Of a stretch of DNA of 64,000 nt, positions 38,999 through 48,353 are shown piece by piece (position 1 is the stretch's first letter; every line of letters starts with the position of its first letter). The translations under genes and the position numbers were made by a program. The notes under the pieces are model-generated. The model saw nothing but the letters and a program-made list of their open reading frames with translations. It searched no databases and was not told the origin of the DNA. The DNA comes from an uncultured Candidatus Rokubacteria bacterium (GTDB lineage: Bacteria; Methylomirabilota; Methylomirabilia; Rokubacteriales; DASRDR01). Location: positions 1,120,001 through 1,184,000 of the forward strand of contig CAWGVS010000006.1 in the NCBI GenBank assembly GCA_963826115.1. The letters are read 5' to 3'.

Positions 38999-39669
38999 GC
39001 CGCGGCGCGGTCTCCCACGACCCGCCCGTCGCGCAGCTCGATGACGCGGTCGGCATGCGCCGCGAGGGCGGGGTCGTGCGTCACCAGGATCAGCGTGGTC
39101 CCGTGGCGGCGGTGGAGGCCCACCAGGAGGTCGACGATCTGGGCGCCGGTGGCCGAGTCGAGGTTGCCCGTCGGCTCGTCCGCCAGGATCAGGCCCGGGC
39201 GGTTCGCGACCGCGCGGGCGAGCGCGACCCGCTGCTGCTCGCCGCCCGACAGCTCCGCCGGGTAATGGGCCACGCGCGCCTTGAGACCGACGTCCTCGAG
39301 GAGCGCCCGCGCCCGGACGGGCGCGTCCGCGGCGCCCGCGAGCTCGAGGGGGATCGCGACGTTCTCGAGCGCGGTGAGGGTCGGGATGAGGTGGAAGGAC
39401 TGGAAGACGTAGCCGATCTTTCCCAGGCGCAGGCGCGCGAGAGCGTCCTCGTCGAGCGCGGCCAGCTCGATCCCGTCCACCCGGATGGAGCCGGCGGTCG
39501 GCCGGTCGAGGCCCGCGACGAGGCCCAGGAGCGTCGACTTGCCGCTTCCGGAGGGACCCGTGATCGCCATGAACTGGCCGGGGGGCACGCTGAGCGTCAC
39601 GCCGTCCAGGACTGTCACGACGCCGGCGGCGCTCCGGAGCCGCATGACGAGATCGCGGACCTCGACCAT
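38995..39669 (-). CDS. ybbA: ABC transporter ATP-binding protein (YbbA/LolD type)
   Basis: GPSGSGKS, LSGGEQQRVA, ADEPTGNLD. Confidence 0.9.
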   Translation of the reverse strand: MVEVRDLVMRLRSAAGVVTVLDGVTLSVPPGQFMAITGPSGSGKSTLLGLVAGLDRPTAGSIRVDGIELAALDEDALARLRLGKIGYVFQSFHLIPTLTALENVAIPLELAGAADAPVRARALLEDVGLKARVAHYPAELSGGEQQRVALARAVANRPGLILADEPTGNLDSATGAQIVDLLVGLHRRHGTTLILVTHDPALAAHADRVIELRDGRVVGDRAAA

Positions 39670-39694
39670 CCGCGCCTCATATTACACTGTGCTC

Positions 39695-40321
39695 ATGTGG
39701 GGACTTCGCGCGGCCGCGCTCGCGCTCGTGTTCGGCCTCGGGGCGTCGGCCGTCCAGGCGGCGCCGGCGCCCGAGCGCGTCGTCGTCGTGCTCGGCGACA
39801 GCCTCACCGCGGGGTGGGGCGTGGCGCCCGAGGAGGCGTGGCCGGCGCTGGTCGACGCGCGCCTCCGGCGCGAGGGCTACCCGTATCGCGTCGTCAACGC
39901 GGGGGTGAGCGGCGACACGACGGCCGGCGGCCTCCGTCGCGTCGACTGGGCGCTGCGGAGCCGTCCCGCCATCGCCGTGGTGGCGCTCGGCGCCAACGAC
40001 GGGCTCCGGGGCCTGGGCACCGATGCGATGGAGACGAACCTCCTGGCGATCGTCGAGCGGTTCAAGGCGAACGGCGCCCGCGTCCTCGTCGCGGGGATGA
40101 TGGTCCCGCCGAACTACGGCGCCGCGTACACGCGCGCCTTCCGGGAGGTCTACCCGGACGTCGCGCGCCGGACGCGCTCGGCCCTGATGCCCTTCCTGCT
40201 CGACGGCGTCGCCGCCGATCCCGCGCTGAACCAGGCGGACGGCATCCATCCGAACGCCGCCGGCCACCGCGCGATCGCCGACCGCGTGTGGCCCCACCTG
40301 GTCGCGCTGCTGACGCGATGA
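39695..40321 (+). CDS. tesA: Arylesterase/acyl-CoA thioesterase I (SGNH hydrolase)
   Basis: Signal peptide; GDSLTAG, NAGVSGDTT, LGANDGLRG, DGIHPN; divergent from ybbA as in the known ybbAP-tesA arrangement. Confidence 0.9.
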   Translation: MWGLRAAALALVFGLGASAVQAAPAPERVVVVLGDSLTAGWGVAPEEAWPALVDARLRREGYPYRVVNAGVSGDTTAGGLRRVDWALRSRPAIAVVALGANDGLRGLGTDAMETNLLAIVERFKANGARVLVAGMMVPPNYGAAYTRAFREVYPDVARRTRSALMPFLLDGVAADPALNQADGIHPNAAGHRAIADRVWPHLVALLTR

Positions 40322-41265
40322 GCCGGCCGAGCGGGATGGCGACCCGGGTGGCGCCGGCGGGGCTCCGGCTCCTCGCCGCCGGCCTGCTCCTCGCCGGCTG
40401 CGCGGGCGCCGCGAAGGCGCGGCCGGCGCTCACCTTCGGCCCCGAGGCCGATCTCGACGCCTCGGCGCGGCTCGTCGCGGACCGCGCGCGGACGGCGGAC
40501 GTCGTGTACCTCGGCGAGCTCCACGACAACGCCCAGCACCACGCGGTCCAGGCGCGGGTCCTCGAGGCGATCCTCGCCACGGGGAGGCGGCCCGCGCTCG
40601 CGTTCGAGATGATCCCGGAGACCGGCCAGGCCACCCTGGAGGCGGCGGTGCGGAGCGACGGGGGGCCGGTCCAGGTCGAGCGGGAGCTCGCGTGGCGGGC
40701 CCAGGGCTGGCCGAACTTCGCGATGTACTGGCCGCTCTTCGAGCTGGCGCGGAAGCACGGCCTGCCGGTCGTGGCCACCGATCTGGATCCCGCGCTCTCC
40801 CGGCGCGTCGGGCGGGAGGGTCTCCGCGGGGCGGGCGAGGAGGCCTCGCGGCTCCGGTCCGCGATGCCCGACGACCTCCAGCGGGACCGCGACATCGTGC
40901 GGCGGCTCCGCGCGGCGCACTGCGACCAGATCAGCGAGGACCGCGCGTTCCGGATGCTGGACGGCTGGTACGCGCGCAACGTGGTGATGGCGCGCCGGGT
41001 GGAGGACGGGCTCGCGCGCGCGCCCCAGGTCGTCATGATCATGGGCCGCGGTCACGGGTCGCCGGGCGGGGTCCCCGAGCAGCTCGCCGCGCTCCGGCCC
41101 GGGACGCGCCAGTTGATGGTGGGCCTGTACGAGGGCCAGGCCGACGGGGTTACCGCGCCCCTGGCCGACGTGGTGTGGGTCACGCCGGCGCGGCCGCGCC
41201 CCGACCCTTGCCTCAGCTTCCCCCAGCGCCTCGGCGGCCTCATCCGACAAGGAGCGACCTCATGA
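40318..41265 (+). CDS. ChaN family (heme/iron uptake-associated) lipoprotein
   Basis: Lipobox LLLAGC; VVYLGELHDN, LAFEMI, YWPLFE, GRGH. Confidence 0.82.
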   Translation: MSRPSGMATRVAPAGLRLLAAGLLLAGCAGAAKARPALTFGPEADLDASARLVADRARTADVVYLGELHDNAQHHAVQARVLEAILATGRRPALAFEMIPETGQATLEAAVRSDGGPVQVERELAWRAQGWPNFAMYWPLFELARKHGLPVVATDLDPALSRRVGREGLRGAGEEASRLRSAMPDDLQRDRDIVRRLRAAHCDQISEDRAFRMLDGWYARNVVMARRVEDGLARAPQVVMIMGRGHGSPGGVPEQLAALRPGTRQLMVGLYEGQADGVTAPLADVVWVTPARPRPDPCLSFPQRLGGLIRQGATS

Positions 41266-42899
41266 CCGGCGGCGACGCGCTCGTCCAGACCCTCCTGGCC
41301 CACGGCGTCACTCAGGGCTTCGGCGTGCCCGGCGAGAGCTACCTCGCCGTCCTCGAGGGGCTGCGGCGCGAGCGGGCGCGTTTCCGCCTGGTCGTCACGC
41401 GGCACGAGTCGGGGGCGAGCTTCGCCGCCGAGGCGTACGCGAAGCTCGCGCGGCGGCCGGCGGCCGCCTTCGTCACCCGCGGGCCGGGCGCGACGAACGC
41501 CGGCATCGGCATCCACACCGCGATGCAGGACTCGACGCCCGTCCTCCTCTTCGTCGGCCACGTGCCGACCCACGCGAAGGGGCGCGAGGCGTTCCAGGAG
41601 ATCGACTACCACCGGATGTACGCCCCCATCGCGAAGGCGGTGCTCGAGCCGGAGTCGGGCGCGGACGTCGCCGAGTGCACCGCGCGCGCGATCCGGCTCG
41701 CGGTGGCCGGCCGGCCCGGCCCGGTCGTCGTGGTCCTGCCCGAGGACGTGACCGAGGCCGGCGCGGGGGACGCGCCCATCCCCGCGGCGCCCCCGCGTCT
41801 TCGCGCCGCGCCCGCGCCCGAGGGCGTGCGGGAGGCCGCGCGGCTCCTCGGGCAGGCGCGGCACCCCATCGTGATCGCGGGCGAGATGGCGGCATTCGAG
41901 GACGCCACCGCCGCGCTGGTCCGCCTCGCCGAGGCGAGCGGCGCGGGGGTCGTGACCGCGTGGCGCCGGCAGGACACCTTCCCGAACGACCACCCCGCGT
42001 ACCTCGGCCACTTCGGGATCGGGCGCGCGCCCTTCCAGCGGGAGGCGTGGGCGGCGTGCGACGTGGTGATCGCGGCGGGCACGCGCCTCGACGACATCAC
42101 GACCGAGGAGTTCACGCTCCTCCGGCCCGACCAGCGCCTGATCCACGTCCACCCCGATCCCGCGATCCTCGCGCGGTCGCGGGCCGACGTCCCGCTCGCC
42201 GCCGACACGGGCGTCGCGCTCCTCGCGCTGGCCGAGGCCCTCGGCGGGCCGGCGCCCGCCGCCCGGGTCGCGTGGCGCGCGCGGCTCCACGGGGAATACC
42301 TCGCCTTCACGCGGCCGGGGCAGGTGACCGTCCGCGGCGCGGTGGACCCGGCCCGCGTCGTGGAGGCGGTGACGGCGGCCCTCCCCGCCGAGGCGATCGT
42401 CGTCAACGATGCCGGGAACTTCGCGGGCTGGGTCCACCGCTACCACCGCTTCCGCCAGCCGGGCACGCAGGCGGCGCCGTCGTCCGGCGCGATGGGCTAC
42501 GGCGTGCCGGCCGCCATCGGCGCGAAGCTCGCCCGTCCGGACCGGCCCGTCGTGGCCTTCGTGGGGGACGGGGGCTTCCTCATGACCGGGCAGGAGCTGG
42601 TGACGGCCGTCCAGGAGGAGCTGCCCGTGAAGGTCGTGCTGGGCGACAACGGCGCCTACGGCACGATCGCGATGCACCAGCACAAGCGCATCGGCCCCGA
42701 CGGCCTCTTCGCCGTGCACCTCCGGAGCCCGGACTTCGCGGCCGTGGCGCGCGGATACGGCGTCGCCGCCTTCCTCGTGGAGAAGACGGCGGAGTTCGCC
42801 GACGCGTTCCAGGCCGCGCTCGCCCATCCGGGCCCCGCGCTGGTCCACGTCAAGACGGACCTCCGGGACATCTCGACGGCGGGCCCGCTTCCGGCCTGA
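41262..42899 (+). CDS. Thiamine pyrophosphate-binding protein (acetolactate synthase-like)
   Basis: GVPGESYL, RHESGA, TRGPGATN, GAMGYG, GDGGFLMTGQEL. Confidence 0.92.
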   Translation: MTGGDALVQTLLAHGVTQGFGVPGESYLAVLEGLRRERARFRLVVTRHESGASFAAEAYAKLARRPAAAFVTRGPGATNAGIGIHTAMQDSTPVLLFVGHVPTHAKGREAFQEIDYHRMYAPIAKAVLEPESGADVAECTARAIRLAVAGRPGPVVVVLPEDVTEAGAGDAPIPAAPPRLRAAPAPEGVREAARLLGQARHPIVIAGEMAAFEDATAALVRLAEASGAGVVTAWRRQDTFPNDHPAYLGHFGIGRAPFQREAWAACDVVIAAGTRLDDITTEEFTLLRPDQRLIHVHPDPAILARSRADVPLAADTGVALLALAEALGGPAPAARVAWRARLHGEYLAFTRPGQVTVRGAVDPARVVEAVTAALPAEAIVVNDAGNFAGWVHRYHRFRQPGTQAAPSSGAMGYGVPAAIGAKLARPDRPVVAFVGDGGFLMTGQELVTAVQEELPVKVVLGDNGAYGTIAMHQHKRIGPDGLFAVHLRSPDFAAVARGYGVAAFLVEKTAEFADAFQAALAHPGPALVHVKTDLRDISTAGPLPA

Positions 42900-43032
42900 G
42901 CGCCCCGTCCGCGAGGCGCGTCACGCCGTGGATGCGCCGTGTTGACGCGGCCCGGGCACTCTGGGAACATCGATCGCTGACCGCCGCCGGAATCCGCTCG
43001 AACCCGACCGTCCGCCCGATGAGGAGGCGCAG

Positions 43033-44286
43033 ATGAAGATGGGCAAGTGGCTCCTGGTCACCCTCGGCTTGACGCTCGGGCTCGTGGGGACGGCCCGCGC
43101 CCAGACCGTCGAGATCGAGTACTGGCAGTACACGTTCGCCCAGCGCGTGCAGGCGATCGACGAGCTCATCAAGCGCTTCGAGGCGGAGAATCCCAACATC
43201 AAGGTCAGGCACACCCACGTGCCCTACGACGACTTCCGGCTGAAGATCGCCGCCGCGATTCCGGCCGGGCAGGGGCCCGACGTGGTGCAGCTCTTCTACG
43301 GCTGGCTCCAGGACTACCTGAAGGCGAAGCTCCTCCAGCCGCTGCCGGCGGAGGCGTTCCCCGCGGCGGAGATCGAGCGCGACTTCTTTCCGCTGGTGAA
43401 GCAGATGAGGGTGGACAACCAGTACTACGCGGTGCCCACCGCGGTGCGCTCGCTCGCGCTCTTCTGGAACAAGAAGCTCTTCGCGGAGGCGGGGCTCGAT
43501 CCCGCGAAGCCGCCCCAGACGCTCGACGAGCTCTCCGCCATGGCCCAGAAGCTCACCAAGCGCGACGCCGCCGGCAACCTCCTCCAGGCCGGGATCGCGC
43601 TCGACATGGGCCTCCAGGACCATCACTGGCTGCGCGAGGTGCTGATCCGGCAGATGGGCGGTCAGCCCTATTCGGCCGACGGGAAGACCGTCGCGTACAA
43701 CAGCGCCGCCGGCCACCGCGCCGCCGGCTGGTACACCGATCTCGCCACCAAGCAGAAGGTCGGTGAGTTCGGCTTCATGACCGACGGCGTGACGGCGTTC
43801 AAGGCCGGCAAGGCCGGCCTGATGATCGACGGCTCCTTCCGGCTCGCCGCGTTCGACGCCCAGGCCGGGCTCGACTACGCCGTCGCCGAGCTGCCGACCC
43901 ACCAGGGGAAGCGCTCGAACTTCGCGTCCTACTGGGTCAACGGCATCACGCCCAAGGCCACGGGCCCGAAGAAGGACGCCGCCGTCAAGTTCCTGAAATT
44001 CATCACCACGCCGGCGGCGATGGAGCTCTGGCTCGAGAAGGTGGGCGAGCTCCCGGCGCGCAAGGCGGTCGCCGAGCGGGACGCGATCCGGAGCCACCCG
44101 AAGTACGGCGCGTTCATCCGGGGCCTCGGCTACGCGGAGGCCACGTTCTTCGTCAACGAGACCGCTCAGCGGAAGCTCTTCATGGACATGACGGACCGCA
44201 TCGTCCTGAAGGGCCAGCCGGTGCCGGAGTCGGTCGCGCAGGCGGCGGCGGAGGAGCAGAAGCTCCTGGACGCCTTCTTCAAGTAG
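43033..44286 (+). CDS. Carbohydrate-type (CUT1) ABC substrate-binding protein
   Basis: Signal peptide; FEAENPNIKV, GPDV, LFWNKKLFAEAGLDP; GAGGAGG RBS. Confidence 0.9.
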   Translation: MKMGKWLLVTLGLTLGLVGTARAQTVEIEYWQYTFAQRVQAIDELIKRFEAENPNIKVRHTHVPYDDFRLKIAAAIPAGQGPDVVQLFYGWLQDYLKAKLLQPLPAEAFPAAEIERDFFPLVKQMRVDNQYYAVPTAVRSLALFWNKKLFAEAGLDPAKPPQTLDELSAMAQKLTKRDAAGNLLQAGIALDMGLQDHHWLREVLIRQMGGQPYSADGKTVAYNSAAGHRAAGWYTDLATKQKVGEFGFMTDGVTAFKAGKAGLMIDGSFRLAAFDAQAGLDYAVAELPTHQGKRSNFASYWVNGITPKATGPKKDAAVKFLKFITTPAAMELWLEKVGELPARKAVAERDAIRSHPKYGAFIRGLGYAEATFFVNETAQRKLFMDMTDRIVLKGQPVPESVAQAAAEEQKLLDAFFK

Positions 44287-44338
44287 GGTCGGCGGGGTCC
44301 CGGGGCGCGACCCCGGGGCCCCGGCCTCGCCGCTCGCG

Positions 44339-45223
44339 ATGCTCGACCGGCTCTCGCTCCGCTCGCGGCGGACGCTCTGCGCGTGGACGTTCCTCGCGGT
44401 GCCCATCGTCTTCTACACGACCATCCGCTTCTATCCCGCCGCGGACGCGCTCCTCACCTCCCTGACGGACTGGAACATCGTCGGCGCGCGCCGGTTCGTC
44501 GGGCTCGAGAACTACCGGCGCCTCTTCGCCGACCCGACGTTCTGGCAGGTGATGGGCAACACGTTCCAGTACCTGATCGTCGGCGTGGCCGTGAGCCTCG
44601 GGCTGTCCTTCCTCGTGGCGTACCACCTCGACCGGGTCCGCTTCGGCCACGCGGTTCTCCGCGCGCTCTACTTCGTGCCGCACATCACGACCGCGGTCGC
44701 CATGGCCTGGGTCTGGCGGTGGCTCTACCAGCCGGTGCCGATCGGCGTGTTCAACGGCCTCCTGGTCTGGGCGGGCCTCCCGCAGCAGCCGTTCCTGCGC
44801 TCGACGGAGCAGGCGCTCTACGCGGTCCTGGCGCCCGCGATCTGGGCCGGGCTCGGTTTCCAGATCGTCGTCTTCCTGGCCGGGCTGAAGGCGATCCCGC
44901 AGGAGTACTACGAGGCGGCGGCCATCGACGGCGCCGGGCCGTGGCGCGCGCTCGTGCACGTGACGCTCCCGCTCCTCCGGCCCACCCTCGTGTTCCTGGT
45001 CGTCGTCAGCTCGATCGCCTTCCTGCGCATCTTCGACTACGTGTACGGCATGACGCTCGGCCAGGGCGGGCCGCTCGACTCCACCAAGCCGCTCGTGCTC
45101 AAGATCTACGAGACCGCGTTCGGGCATTTCCAGATGGGCTACGCGACCGCCCAGACGGTGGTCCTGTTCGCGATCCTCCTCGCGGTCTCGCTCCTCCAGC
45201 TCCGCCTGCTGCGGTCGTCATGA
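44339..45223 (+). CDS. CUT1 ABC permease
   Basis: FVGLENY; EAA motif YYEAAAIDGA. Confidence 0.92.
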   Translation: MLDRLSLRSRRTLCAWTFLAVPIVFYTTIRFYPAADALLTSLTDWNIVGARRFVGLENYRRLFADPTFWQVMGNTFQYLIVGVAVSLGLSFLVAYHLDRVRFGHAVLRALYFVPHITTAVAMAWVWRWLYQPVPIGVFNGLLVWAGLPQQPFLRSTEQALYAVLAPAIWAGLGFQIVVFLAGLKAIPQEYYEAAAIDGAGPWRALVHVTLPLLRPTLVFLVVVSSIAFLRIFDYVYGMTLGQGGPLDSTKPLVLKIYETAFGHFQMGYATAQTVVLFAILLAVSLLQLRLLRSS

Positions 45224-46059
45224 GTCTCGTGGGCCGGCGCGGGCGGGGCGGGCAGGCGACGCAGGCGGTCGTGTGGGTGCTCCTGCTGGCGGGCGGTCTC
45301 CTCATGGTGATGCCGTTCGTGTACATGCTGTCGACCTCGCTCAAGACGAACGCCGAGGTCTACGAGCTGTCGCTCCTGCCCCGGGCGCCCACGCTGGACA
45401 ACTACCGCCGGCTGGCCGGCGCCTCGGGGTTCCCGCGCTGGTTCCTCAACTCGCTCGCGATCGCGGTCGTGACCACGGCCTCGGTGCTGTTCTTCGACAG
45501 CCTGGTCGGCTACACCTTGGCGAAGTTCCGGTTCCGCGGCCGCCGGGTCGTGTTCCTGGCCATCCTGAGCACGCTGATGATCCCGACCGAGATGCTGGTG
45601 CTGCCGTGGTACGTCATGAGCAAGAATCTCGGCTGGCTCGACACCTACTGGGGCATCATGTTCCCCGGGATGATGACGGGGTTCGGGACCTTCCTCATGA
45701 GGCAGTTCTTCGAGAGCGTGCCGGACGAGCTCCTCGAGGCCGGCCGCGTCGACGGGCTGGGCGAGTTCCAGATCTGGTGGCGCATCGCCATGCCGCTCGT
45801 CGGCCCCGCGCTGTCCGCGCTCGCGATCTTCACCTTCCTCGGCAACTGGACGGCGTTCCTGTGGCCCCTCATCTCGACGACGAGGCGCGAGCTCTACACG
45901 CTGCCCGTGGGGTTCGCGTCGTTCTCCGGCGAGTTCCAGCGGGAATGGGAGATGGTGATGGCCGGCGCCAGCGTCGCCACCCTGCCGGTGCTCCTCGTGT
46001 TCATCCTCCTCCAGAAGTACATCGTGCGCGGCGTCATGCTGACCGGCATCAAGGGCTAG
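45220..46059 (+). CDS. CUT1 ABC permease
   Basis: LMRQFFESVPDELLEAGRVDG, WTAFLWPL, GVMLTGIKG. Confidence 0.92.
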   Translation: MSLVGRRGRGGQATQAVVWVLLLAGGLLMVMPFVYMLSTSLKTNAEVYELSLLPRAPTLDNYRRLAGASGFPRWFLNSLAIAVVTTASVLFFDSLVGYTLAKFRFRGRRVVFLAILSTLMIPTEMLVLPWYVMSKNLGWLDTYWGIMFPGMMTGFGTFLMRQFFESVPDELLEAGRVDGLGEFQIWWRIAMPLVGPALSALAIFTFLGNWTAFLWPLISTTRRELYTLPVGFASFSGEFQREWEMVMAGASVATLPVLLVFILLQKYIVRGVMLTGIKG

Positions 46060-46069
46060 GAGCGGGCGC

Positions 46070-46200
46070 GATGACCGTCGCATCCCGGCGTCCTCGGTCC
46101 TCGCCCGTCCTCGGCGTACCGGAGTACGCCTGCGGGGGGCTCGGACCTGCGTCCTTGGGCTGCTCGGTCCTCGCCCCCGCTCGCGGGTCGACGGCGCCGA
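46070..46200. repeat. Long imperfect palindromic intergenic element (REP/MITE-like or structured RNA)
   Basis: Core stem GGCGTAC-CGGA-GTACGCC (46113-46130), extended by GGTCC/GGACC and CCGTCG/CGACGG pairings. Confidence 0.55.
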
Positions 46201-46270
46201 GCCGCGCGGGGTGGGCGACCATTACGGTTCATCGGCAGCAGCTCGGATCCTTCAGGGGTTGTGGGACCGC

Positions 46271-47767
46271 ATGATGGGCTCGAGCGACGAGGAGCGGTTC
46301 CCGGCGCCGGTCTACCGGGAGACGGTGCTCGCGCCGCTCTTCGAGGGCGTGAAGCGGCACCACTGGCGCCAGCTGATGCGGGTCAATCGCGCGAGCGCGA
46401 TCATGCTGGCGGCGCAGGGTCTCCTGACGCGGGAGGAGGCGGGAGCGATCCTCCGCGCGCTCGACGAGATCGAGCGGGGCACCGACGTCCCGGCGCTCGC
46501 CTACACCGGCGAGCACGAGGACTTCTTCTTCTACGTCCAGACCGAGCTCGAGCGGCGCCTGGGCGTCGAGACGGCGGGGAAGCTCCACACCGGGCGGAGC
46601 CGGAACGACATCGACCACACGGTCTTCAAGATGGCGCTGAAGGAGCACCTGGCCGCGCTCCTCGGCCACCTCCTCGACGCGCTGACCGCCGTCCTCGACG
46701 TGGCGGAGGCGAACCGGGAGACGCTGGTGGTCGCGTACACCCACGGCCAGCCCGCCCAGCCGACCACGTACGGCCACTACCTCGGGGCCCTCGCCGAGCT
46801 CCTGCTCCGCGACGTGGAGCGCCTCCGCCTGGCCGGTCGCTACCCGGACCTCTCCAGCATGGGCGCGGCGGCGATCACGACCTCGGGGTTCCCGCTCGAC
46901 CGCGCGGCGATGGCGGAGCTCCTCGGCTTCGCCGCCGTCCAAGACAACGCCTACGGCTGCATCGCCGCCGACGACTACGTGACCAGCGTGTACGGCGCGC
47001 TCCAGCTCCTCTTCATCCACCTCGGGCGGTTCGCGCAGGATTTGAACGCCTGGACCGGCTTCGAGGTGGGGCACCTCCGCGTGCCCGACGCCTACGTCCA
47101 GGTCAGCTCGATCATGCCGCAGAAGCGGAACCCGGTCGCCGTGGAGCACCTCCGGCTCCTCTGCTCGCTCGCGGCCGGCCGCGCCGCGACGACGCTCGCG
47201 ACCCTCCACAACACGCCGTTCACCGACGTGAACGACGCCGAGGGCGAGGTCCAGGTGGCCGGCTACGCGGCCTTCGAGGCGGGGGGCCGCGCGCTCCGGC
47301 TCCTGGCCGGCTTCATCCGCGCCGCGCGCGTGGACGAGGCGCGCGTGCGCCGCCACATCGACGAGAGCTGCATCACGGCCACCGAGCTGGCGGACTCGCT
47401 CGTGCGCGCGGAGGGGATCTCCTTCCGCCAGGCCCACGAGGTCGTGTCGCGGCTGGTGCGGGGGATGCTCGACCGCGGCGAGCGGTTCCCCACGGTGCCC
47501 CACCGGGCCTTCGCGGAGGCGTTCGCCGCCGTCGCCGGCCGGCCGCCCCGCCTCGGCGAGGCCGAGCTCCGGCGCTTCACGACCCCGGAGCACTTCGTCG
47601 CGGTGCGCACGCTGCCGGGCGGCCCGGCGCCCGGCCCGCTCGGCGAGAGCCTCCGGCGCTACCGTCAAGAGCTCGAGGAGGCGCGCGCCTGGCTCGCGGA
47701 GTACCGCGGGCGCCTGGAGGGGGTCGACCGCCGGCTGGCCGAGCGCGCCCGCGCGCTCGGCGCCTGA
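46271..47767 (+). CDS. Argininosuccinate lyase-like C-N lyase (aspartase/fumarase superfamily)
   Basis: LHTGRSRND, YTHGQPAQP, SSIMPQKRNP, SFRQAHEVV. Confidence 0.88.
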   Translation: MMGSSDEERFPAPVYRETVLAPLFEGVKRHHWRQLMRVNRASAIMLAAQGLLTREEAGAILRALDEIERGTDVPALAYTGEHEDFFFYVQTELERRLGVETAGKLHTGRSRNDIDHTVFKMALKEHLAALLGHLLDALTAVLDVAEANRETLVVAYTHGQPAQPTTYGHYLGALAELLLRDVERLRLAGRYPDLSSMGAAAITTSGFPLDRAAMAELLGFAAVQDNAYGCIAADDYVTSVYGALQLLFIHLGRFAQDLNAWTGFEVGHLRVPDAYVQVSSIMPQKRNPVAVEHLRLLCSLAAGRAATTLATLHNTPFTDVNDAEGEVQVAGYAAFEAGGRALRLLAGFIRAARVDEARVRRHIDESCITATELADSLVRAEGISFRQAHEVVSRLVRGMLDRGERFPTVPHRAFAEAFAAVAGRPPRLGEAELRRFTTPEHFVAVRTLPGGPAPGPLGESLRRYRQELEEARAWLAEYRGRLEGVDRRLAERARALGA

Positions 47768-47777
47768 CCGCGCCGCG

Positions 47778-48353
47778 CTACTGGGGCCGGTTCGCCCGGA
47801 CGTCCCAGCCGCCGACCGCGGCTTGCCCGAGGCTCCCGTCGGGCATCTGCGGCCGGTACTCGATCGTGATCTTCCCGTAGACCAGCGTCACCTCGGCAGA
47901 GGGCGGCGCGTCGGCCGAGTCGCCGAGCTTGACGCCGGAGACCAGCACGTCCTGGAGCGTGACCTTCAGGTAGTCGGCGGCCTCGCGGCCGGGCCGGCGG
48001 CAGCTGAGGACGGCCGACTGGACGTGCCGGCCCGCTGCCGCCGTCTGAAGGAGCGCGGGGACGGCGCGGTCGAGCCGCTGCGTGACCCGGAGCGGCTGGA
48101 AGTCGGCACGGCCGACGCTGGCGGAGGCGCCGCTCCCCAGCGTCGCCGCGACGGGGGTCGCCATCCCGAGGGACCAGCCCACCAGCTCGATCTCGCCCCG
48201 GTGCCGCGCGTCCGCGCTGTCGCCGGTGACGCCGTCGATCTTGAGGAAGCACTCCTCGGTGGCCGCGTCAGCCGGCGCGCTCCATGCGACGCCGGCCAGG
48301 ATCGCGATTCCGGCGAGGACTCCCAGCACCCACGGACCGCCGCGCTCGTGCAT
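47778..48353 (-). CDS. hcp: Hcp (T6SS tube) family protein with N-terminal signal peptide, orphan
   Basis: FLKIDGVTGDS...HRGEIEL..WS, DRAVPAL, YLKVTLQDVLVS, EVTLVYGKITIEY, GWDVRAN; preceded by WVLGVLAGIAILAGVAWSAPADA. Confidence 0.85.
   Translation of the reverse strand: MHERGGPWVLGVLAGIAILAGVAWSAPADAATEECFLKIDGVTGDSADARHRGEIELVGWSLGMATPVAATLGSGASASVGRADFQPLRVTQRLDRAVPALLQTAAAGRHVQSAVLSCRRPGREAADYLKVTLQDVLVSGVKLGDSADAPPSAEVTLVYGKITIEYRPQMPDGSLGQAAVGGWDVRANRPQ

Noticed and set aside
44294-44322. GC hairpin after the SBP gene (similar one at 62463-62496)
   Set aside because: Ordinary mRNA-stabilising or terminator-type stems; nothing distinctive.
46271-47767. Calling the lyase argH of arginine biosynthesis
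   Set aside because: Catabolic transporter context and atypical N-terminus; gene symbol withheld.
47778-48353. Type VI secretion cluster or prophage tail
   Set aside because: No sheath, baseplate, VgrG or other phage genes in the window.
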